IMG/VR virus record: IMGVR_UViG_3300033463_000011
Span: 128,001 to 192,000 of that record
DNA length: 64,000 nucleotides
From: a virus
Lineage: Duplodnaviria; Caudoviricetes
Reading direction: 5' to 3' (one strand)
Notes under the pieces: model-generated
What the model was told of the DNA's origin: nothing
Databases searched by the model: none
The model's input: the letters and a program-made list of their open reading frames with translations, nothing else
Position numbers and translations under genes: made by a program
In this document: positions 57,802 to 64,000 of the stretch, piece after piece
Numbering within the stretch: position 1 is the stretch's first letter
How the letters are laid out: each line of letters begins with the position of its first letter

Positions 57802-58218
57802 ATGAAATTGTACTACGACATGTTAGTTCCTTATATGCCGGATTCTGTAAAGGACGCTGAAGGTAACTTAGTTAAGAGTGATAAGAGGGCATCTGGTAGA
57901 GATGCAATGATTGATCTGTCTAATTTTCAACAATCAGGAGATGTTAACTCACTATATCATTCAGTACTTTCTGCATGTATTTATACAGATAAAGACTTAG
58001 TAGACGTTATCGTAAACATTCCTGAAGATGTTGAAGTACCTAATGGAACTTCCATAGATAAAGTACTGGATGATTCTGCTAAGATGCTGTTTAGTTCTAT
58101 TAAAGATATGAATAATTTTGATATTAATGTATATGTATGTAATTTGCTCACTGCAGCACATGCAATTTTAGTCAATAGGTCTGCTGAAAATGCTAAACTT
58201 GATGACAAGAAATCATAA
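57802..58218 (+). CDS. Hypothetical protein
   Basis: AGGAGG RBS. Confidence 0.6.
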   Translation: MKLYYDMLVPYMPDSVKDAEGNLVKSDKRASGRDAMIDLSNFQQSGDVNSLYHSVLSACIYTDKDLVDVIVNIPEDVEVPNGTSIDKVLDDSAKMLFSSIKDMNNFDINVYVCNLLTAAHAILVNRSAENAKLDDKKS

Positions 58219-58249
58219 GAAGTAAGCTGAAGTAAACTATAATCAGAAC

Positions 58250-58276
58250 AACAGATGTCTCAGGACATCTGTTTTT
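58250..58276 (+). terminator. Intrinsic terminator
   Basis: AACAGATGTC-TCAG-GACATCTGTT-TTT. Confidence 0.85.
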
Positions 58277-58344
58277 AATTAAGAATCGTTATAGTAAATG
58301 TGAAGCAAAAACACATTCATTTAAAATTGAAATGGAGGAAGTAT

Positions 58345-59271
58345 ATGAGAACATCAACATTTGCATATATTGGTACAGATACGTCAAAATGCAAGACGTC
58401 AGAAGAAGTGCTTAATGCTGCAGGTCTTAATTATAACGTAGTTAAGAAGGGAATAAAGTATCTTGGAGATGATGGAGAAACTTACTATGATTATCCAGAT
58501 AAAGTTCTAACCGTCAACGAATCTAATGGAAACATCTTCGGCGTAGTATCTAGTAAGTATGAGATCTGTCAGAACAGAGATGCTTTTAATTTTATTGATT
58601 ACATCGGTGCCGATAATGAAGGATTTGAATATGTTAAAGCAGGAGAGATATCTAACGGAGGAAGTTCAGGCCTAGTTTACATCATTTCAAAGATACCTGA
58701 TATAACACTTCTTGGAGATACTATAACTCCATACATAATTTTTCAGAATTCTCATGATGGTATGAATTCAGTCAAAGCAACTATTTCGCCGCTTAGAATT
58801 GTTTGTCAGAATCAATTCAATCTTGCTTTTAGAGAAGCATCTAATACAGTAAGAATTGTTCACTCATCTAAGATGGATTCTAGATTACTTACTGCAAGAA
58901 ACATGATGCATGATGTAGCGAATTATATGTCTACTTTTGAAGATACAGCTGAAGAGCTTGCAACTAAACGTATTTCTTTTGATAAAGTTGTTAACATTTT
59001 TAATGATGTATTCAAATATGATCCAGAAAAGATGTCTAATAAACAAGTCACTAATTTTGAGATGAATCGAGCAGAATTCCTGAGTTGTTATAAGAACGAA
59101 GATAATCAGAATTTCCAAGGTACTGCTTGGGGAGTTATCAACGGAGCTGCAGATTATCTTACGCATCACACAGGATCTCGCAAACCTACAGCAGATGCGA
59201 TGTTTGTTAATACAACATTCTTATCTGTTGCACTCAATCAGATATTTAACAGAGTTAACGCTGCTGTTTAA
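58345..59271 (+). CDS. DUF932-family protein
   Basis: GLNYNV, GVVSSKY..QNRDAF, NSHDG, RIVCQN, GTAWGVING..DY. Confidence 0.85.
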   Translation: MRTSTFAYIGTDTSKCKTSEEVLNAAGLNYNVVKKGIKYLGDDGETYYDYPDKVLTVNESNGNIFGVVSSKYEICQNRDAFNFIDYIGADNEGFEYVKAGEISNGGSSGLVYIISKIPDITLLGDTITPYIIFQNSHDGMNSVKATISPLRIVCQNQFNLAFREASNTVRIVHSSKMDSRLLTARNMMHDVANYMSTFEDTAEELATKRISFDKVVNIFNDVFKYDPEKMSNKQVTNFEMNRAEFLSCYKNEDNQNFQGTAWGVINGAADYLTHHTGSRKPTADAMFVNTTFLSVALNQIFNRVNAAV

Positions 59272-59332
59272 AATAAGAATCGTTAATATCAATACATAAT
59301 ATTTTAGTGCAATGCACAGAAAGGATCAAGTT

Positions 59333-60286
59333 ATGTCAAAAGATGGAAAGTCAAGAAAGTCCTATGCTTATTCCTTTAATTCAGATTTCTGGAGCGAGCA
59401 GAGAGTAAAGAAGGGGCTTACACTTAAGCAGATTGCTAGAACACTTGGAGTATCTAGAAGTGCGGTAGGCAACTACTTTTCAGGTAAAACAATACCACAT
59501 GATACTTTTATCGTGCGCGTATGCGATCTGTTAGGTGTAGACCACGATAAGGGAATGCTTGAATTTCAGCGAGCTAATCGTGCATACAATTCAGGAGCTA
59601 AGAAATCTTCTCGCTCTGGATCTAGCGTAGCATTCTCAACTAAGCGACCTTATGTTAAGAAGGGACAGAGACCTCAACAGCCTAAGCGGTTAGACAATTT
59701 CTGGATAAACAAGAAAAATGAGTTTAAGCTCACTAATAAAGAGATTGGCGAAATGCTTAAACTCAATGCTAACACTGTATGGGCTTATCTCAGCGGCTAC
59801 CTTATACCTCCGCAGAAAGCAATGGAAGACATCTGTGATCTCTTTGGAGTAAGTATTACTAGAGGTAAGCAGGAGTTCGAATTAGCACATAAGCAGTATG
59901 AGGAAGACCATTCTGGTAAGTACTACGCACCAGCTACTAAGCCGGAGCCTGCTGCAGAACCTAAAGTTGAACCCGCTGCAGAACCTAAAGTTGAACCTGC
60001 TGCAGAACCTGATGTTATTATTTATGAACACAGTAAGCCTGCTAAGCCCACTAACTACGCAAGAGAATATGCTATTGCTTCATGTCTCTACAAGTCAATA
60101 CCTTCTTATGAGAAGTTTATAACACTTCTTACAATTATTGAGAATAACTCAAGTAACATACTTGAAGCTGCATATAAGAAGGTTGATTTTGATACCTATC
60201 TTGAATTAGTATCAGCGGTTAGAGAAGTTGATACTGAAGATGACGATATGATGAAAGACGCTATTTTTAATCTTTTGAAGAGGTAA
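59333..60286 (+). CDS. Protein with two XRE HTH domains
   Basis: GLTLKQIARTLGVSRSAVGNYFSGKTIP and LTNKEIGEMLKLNANTVWAYLSG..P. Confidence 0.8.
   Translation: MSKDGKSRKSYAYSFNSDFWSEQRVKKGLTLKQIARTLGVSRSAVGNYFSGKTIPHDTFIVRVCDLLGVDHDKGMLEFQRANRAYNSGAKKSSRSGSSVAFSTKRPYVKKGQRPQQPKRLDNFWINKKNEFKLTNKEIGEMLKLNANTVWAYLSGYLIPPQKAMEDICDLFGVSITRGKQEFELAHKQYEEDHSGKYYAPATKPEPAAEPKVEPAAEPKVEPAAEPDVIIYEHSKPAKPTNYAREYAIASCLYKSIPSYEKFITLLTIIENNSSNILEAAYKKVDFDTYLELVSAVREVDTEDDDMMKDAIFNLLKR
59945..60010 (+). repeat. 24-bp coding tandem repeat (EPAAEPKV)
   Basis: About 2.7 copies of GAACCTGCTGCAGAACCTAAAGTT-like units. Confidence 0.8.
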
Positions 60287-60287
60287 C

Positions 60288-60482
60288 ATGCCCCGAAAGC
60301 TAAACTACAAACCTAAAGGGATTCTTTGTTCGGAATGTTATTTTGCTATGAAAATTGATAATAGTAAAGAAATTTACTATTGTACAAAATTCATAGCAAA
60401 TAACCGAAATCAAGTATTCAAAGGTGTCCATTCTTGTGAATTTGGAACAAAAGAAAAACCTGCGGAACTGCAGGAAGTATAA
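60288..60482 (+). CDS. Small Cys-containing protein
   Basis: CSEC...C...C. Confidence 0.5.
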   Translation: MPRKLNYKPKGILCSECYFAMKIDNSKEIYYCTKFIANNRNQVFKGVHSCEFGTKEKPAELQEV

Positions 60483-60522
60483 CCTTTTATAGATATATGT
60501 TTAATTAGGAGGTTATCTGAAG

Positions 60523-60864
60523 ATGAATCTTAAACATACAAAGATAATGGCAGCTGATGATTTATTTGACGAAAATATGAATTCTGACGAAGAGGCCTTA
60601 GGCAATCAGTTAGATGATATTCAAGACAACATTGAGGATATTCAAGATACCGTAGACGATATTCAAGAAGATGATATCGCTATTGATGTTGATAACAACA
60701 TTGTTAATCACCTCATTGCAGAATGCGAAAATTGCAAAGGTATATTTATTTCAGCAATGATTGCATCTGACCAAGATGTTGATAGCATAAACGGTGTATG
60801 TCCTCTTTGTAATAAAGACACTACACAAAATCTTAAATGGATTATCAAAGAGTATCCGGAGTAA
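60523..60864 (+). CDS. Acidic Zn-ribbon protein (...IMAA leader)
   Basis: CENC...CPLC; TAACCTTTTAT motif upstream. Confidence 0.6.
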   Translation: MNLKHTKIMAADDLFDENMNSDEEALGNQLDDIQDNIEDIQDTVDDIQEDDIAIDVDNNIVNHLIAECENCKGIFISAMIASDQDVDSINGVCPLCNKDTTQNLKWIIKEYPE

Positions 60865-61008
60865 TATTTTGATCTGATTAATTAAACAAAATTATTTACT
60901 CTGGAGAATCTCATATGTCAGAAGAAGAATTAGAGTTCTGGCTTAACATCGTGTTGCCAGAAAAAGAGCAAACATCAGAAACAGAAAAGGAAGCATAATA
61001 TTACTTTG

Positions 61009-61038
61009 AAACTCAGAGAAAATCTCTGAGTTTCTTTT
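61009..61038 (+). terminator. Intrinsic terminator-like hairpin
   Basis: AAACTCAGAGA-aaa-TCTCTGAGTTT-CTTTT. Confidence 0.65.
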
Positions 61039-61046
61039 TATACCAC

Positions 61047-61949
61047 ATGAATAATTCTATTGATGCAGTCATCTCATACGTAAATCCTAGTGATAGATTA
61101 TGGGCTAAAGACTATTCCACAGCCACAGGAAATTTCAATGTAAATGGTCCAAGATTTAGATCTTGGGGAACATTAAAATATCTTTTTAGATCTATATCAG
61201 AAAATATGCCTTTTGTGGATAGAATAGTTTTAATTGTAGCACGTGAGAGCCAAGTACCTATATGGGCTAACAGAGACAATGTAAAAATAATTTATCACGA
61301 GGATTTTATACCTAAACAATTCTTACCTACGTTTAATAGCTGTACTATTGAATCATTTTTATGGAATATATCAGATTTATCAGACAAGATAATTTATTTT
61401 AATGATGATATGTTTGTAATAAATCAATTAACTGCAGATAATTTTTTCACTAAAGATATTCCTCATCTATATTTTGAGGGCCCTATAGGTTATTCTAAGA
61501 AAAACATTTTTCGCTCTCAATGTAGAACAGGTATGGATATGATTGCTAACGCACTTAACATTCCGTTAATTGATTCTGATAATATTATCAAGCCCCTACA
61601 TATTGCATTACCAATCACTAAAGATAGTTTATTTAAGGTTTCTGAATTGTGCGAAGATAAAATCAACAAATCTATATCTATGCTGCGAAAATCGTCAAAT
61701 GTAAACCAATATATTTATTCTTATTATCAATATTTTACTAATAACTATATATGCAGTTCCCCTACATATCAATATTTTGAAATTACAGAAAAAACTATTT
61801 TAGAAATTACAGACACTATTTTGACAAAAGATATCCAATTGATTTGTATTAATGATTCCGACAATTTATACAATTATACAAATCTTCGCGATCAAATTCA
61901 GAAATGTTTTGAATCAAAGTTTCCAAATAAATGTAGATATGAATTGTGA
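61047..61949 (+). CDS. Stealth-family hexose-phosphotransferase
   Basis: IDAVISYVN.SD..W, RFR..G.LKY..RSI..NMPF, LPTFNS..IE, IYFNDD, ICIND. Confidence 0.9.
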   Translation: MNNSIDAVISYVNPSDRLWAKDYSTATGNFNVNGPRFRSWGTLKYLFRSISENMPFVDRIVLIVARESQVPIWANRDNVKIIYHEDFIPKQFLPTFNSCTIESFLWNISDLSDKIIYFNDDMFVINQLTADNFFTKDIPHLYFEGPIGYSKKNIFRSQCRTGMDMIANALNIPLIDSDNIIKPLHIALPITKDSLFKVSELCEDKINKSISMLRKSSNVNQYIYSYYQYFTNNYICSSPTYQYFEITEKTILEITDTILTKDIQLICINDSDNLYNYTNLRDQIQKCFESKFPNKCRYEL

Positions 61950-62781
61950 AATATTATTTTCTTTAATAATACCAATATATAATGTTCCGCGAGAATTATT
62001 AATTGGTTGTCTAGATAGCGTAGTAACTCAACTTGCTAAGCATTCTGATTGTGAGTGCTTGCTTATTGATGATGGAAGCACTGACGGGTCAGGAACTATT
62101 TGTGATACATATGCAAGTAAATATAGCATATTTAAAGTATTCCATCGAAGTAATCAAGGAAATAGCTTTGCACGAAATTATGGCATTTCTCAGTCGAGTG
62201 GAGAGTGGGTACTATTTTTAGATGATGATGATTATCTGTTGGACCGATACTATAATAATATACTTAATGCAGTAGCTACTTACGGTTCCCATTTCAAAAA
62301 TATATGCTTCAATCATAAACGGCTTAATCACAGCGCCAATGATGCGGAATATATTGCAGTCAAAAAGAATGCTGCAATTAGGGAACCTAAAATCTATACT
62401 GTAGATAATTCTAGTTTTAACGCTCATTGTGTTATATGGACCCACATATATAATCGAAAGTGGTTGATTGAGAATAATATAAAGTTCCCAGAAACTTATA
62501 CTTGCCCAGAATTACATCAATATAGAGATGAGGATAGCTATTTTAATTATCTTTGTTTTAACTATGAAGAACTTGTTTTGGAACTGCCCTTTTATGGTAT
62601 TGCTCATCGTATTCGTAAAGGATCTACCAACCAGAATCAATTGCGTATGATGAATCTACCTAAAGGACATTATCTTGCTGATCTTTATACTGATATATTA
62701 TGTCGAAATATTCAGAACGGTCGATTGCTTAGTTACCTATTTCAAAAAGCTAAAGAGTTGCAAATATCGCTTAAACCTTAA
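61939..62781 (+). CDS. Glycosyltransferase family 2
   Basis: SLIIPIYN, IDDGSTDGS, ARNYG, LFLDDDD. Confidence 0.9.
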   Translation: MNCEILFSLIIPIYNVPRELLIGCLDSVVTQLAKHSDCECLLIDDGSTDGSGTICDTYASKYSIFKVFHRSNQGNSFARNYGISQSSGEWVLFLDDDDYLLDRYYNNILNAVATYGSHFKNICFNHKRLNHSANDAEYIAVKKNAAIREPKIYTVDNSSFNAHCVIWTHIYNRKWLIENNIKFPETYTCPELHQYRDEDSYFNYLCFNYEELVLELPFYGIAHRIRKGSTNQNQLRMMNLPKGHYLADLYTDILCRNIQNGRLLSYLFQKAKELQISLKP

Positions 62782-62856
62782 ATAATTATACCTCACAGTT
62801 AATACCTCCGAATCGTTAATTACATCACACCACACAATACGATTCGGAGGTTTATT

Positions 62857-63576
62857 ATGATTGATTTAAATGAAATAGAATTCAATTTAAATGATTATAT
62901 TGAAATGGTAGGTAAAGAGCAGGATATAGTAAATAATCATCATGAAGCTAGAATAACTATATATGAGAGTTTGATAGCAGGTTCATTAGCAATTCGCTCT
63001 CTTACACGAGTATCAGAAGCAAATGACAATGATTTTAGCAAAGTAATTCCTTCTATTAAAGCAATGATTGAATGGTTGAGAACCACTGATTTTTATAAGG
63101 CTCCAGCATCGACAAAATATCATGAGCCTTTTCATGGTGGCTTATTACTCCATTCACTTAAAGTGTATAATAGCATGATTGAGTTAAGCAAATTAAAATG
63201 TTTCAGCAAGGTTAACATTGCTTCAGCTACTTTAGTTGCATTAACACATGATTGGTGCAAGATAGGTAAGTATGAACCTTACTTCAAAAATGAAAAGAAT
63301 CCAACAACGCATCTATGGGAAGAGAAATTAGCATATAAATATAGCGACAAATATCTAGGATTAGGTCATGGACCTCAGTCATTAATGATGGTATCTAGAT
63401 TCTGCACAACTCCTGCAACTGTTCTTTCGTTTGATGAGATGTCTGCTATTAGATGGCACATGTTTACTTATGATGTAACTAGTTACGACATAAATGATTT
63501 AAATAAATGTAGTAATAAGATACCGCTAGTATTGTTAACTCAGTTTGCGGATCAATTAGCTGCAGGAGATTACTGA
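62857..63576 (+). CDS. HD-domain phosphohydrolase (YhaM-like)
   Basis: APASTKYH...GGLLLHS, HDWCK, GHG, AIRWHM, AD. Confidence 0.85.
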   Translation: MIDLNEIEFNLNDYIEMVGKEQDIVNNHHEARITIYESLIAGSLAIRSLTRVSEANDNDFSKVIPSIKAMIEWLRTTDFYKAPASTKYHEPFHGGLLLHSLKVYNSMIELSKLKCFSKVNIASATLVALTHDWCKIGKYEPYFKNEKNPTTHLWEEKLAYKYSDKYLGLGHGPQSLMMVSRFCTTPATVLSFDEMSAIRWHMFTYDVTSYDINDLNKCSNKIPLVLLTQFADQLAAGDY

Positions 63577-63611
63577 TAAGAATCGTTATATCTAGTAAGG
63601 AGGTATATAAT

Positions 63612-63959
63612 ATGAGGAAAATAATTACATGTATATTATACGGGATAGCTTTAACATCATTAATATTAGCAACAGGTGTGAAAGAAGTAGCAAATTGGTG
63701 GGAAATTGCTAAACCATTGTTACTAGTATTTGTTATTTCAGCATTCCTTGCGTTAACTATTAGTAATATTGATAATATACGAAGAGTAACATATCCATCA
63801 TTTGTTTGCTTATGTGCTTATTTGTATAAGAACAAAATCATCATGACTAGATTCACTCGTAATTCTTATAGATTATATAAATTCAAAAATAGGTCATATT
63901 GTGATTTATATGACTATGTTCAAGATTTGTTTGACTTGTTTTGCAAAATAAGCATTTGA
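63612..63959 (+). CDS. Membrane protein (two predicted TM helices)
   Basis: Two hydrophobic segments; AAGGAGG RBS. Confidence 0.6.
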   Translation: MRKIITCILYGIALTSLILATGVKEVANWWEIAKPLLLVFVISAFLALTISNIDNIRRVTYPSFVCLCAYLYKNKIIMTRFTRNSYRLYKFKNRSYCDLYDYVQDLFDLFCKISI

Positions 63960-64000
63960 AAGGCGTAGCAAATTATGCATGAAGTTACAGTGACTACTAA

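Noticed and set aside
57802-58218. MKLYY start as another capsid-leader protein
   Set aside because: No IxA/C/S site follows, and it lies in the non-structural region without the late motif.
840-62445. Minus-strand and nested short ORFs in the ORF track (e.g. 8406-8834, 28658-29194, 44193-44516, 57007-57339)
   Set aside because: They overlap well-supported + strand genes and lack recognisable motifs; they are shadow ORFs of biased codon usage.
1-64000. Stop-codon reassignment as in some large gut phages
   Set aside because: Genes are full-length and tightly packed under the standard code; TAA, TGA and TAG all serve as stops.

Overview
This 64 kb AT-rich window is part of a large tailed phage genome with T4-like myovirus architecture. 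The host is probably a Firmicute (AGGAGG-type RBSs, CHAP/GH25/SH3b cell-wall enzymes), and all credible genes are on the + strand. In order it contains: tail and baseplate genes with cell-wall hydrolases; 25 divergent paralogs of one ~110-aa domain interleaved between the baseplate genes; prohead protease/scaffold and a gp23-like major capsid protein; two homing-endonuclease-like genes; a block of probable head-internal proteins; a neck protein; a Dps fusion; an antitoxin/doc pair interrupted by a TnpB element; a tRNA/ncRNA region; an intein-containing SNF2 helicase; and Stealth, GT2 and HD genes. The main candidate novel systems are four. (1) A capsid-cargo system: about 39 proteins share a basic N-terminal leader ending in [I/V/L]-x-[A/C/S], and the same motif is repeated in the scaffold and the capsid propeptide, analogous to the T4 capsid-targeting sequence. 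(2) The 25-member hypervariable paralog array that carries this leader. (3) A cluster of CCA-ending tRNA-like RNAs whose anticodon arms are replaced by large inserts, alongside repeated pseudoknot RNAs. (4) Two recurring phage promoter-like motifs (TAACCTTTTAT and AGAATCGTTAT) that separate structural from non-structural genes. All functional calls come from motif recognition by eye; no database searches were run.
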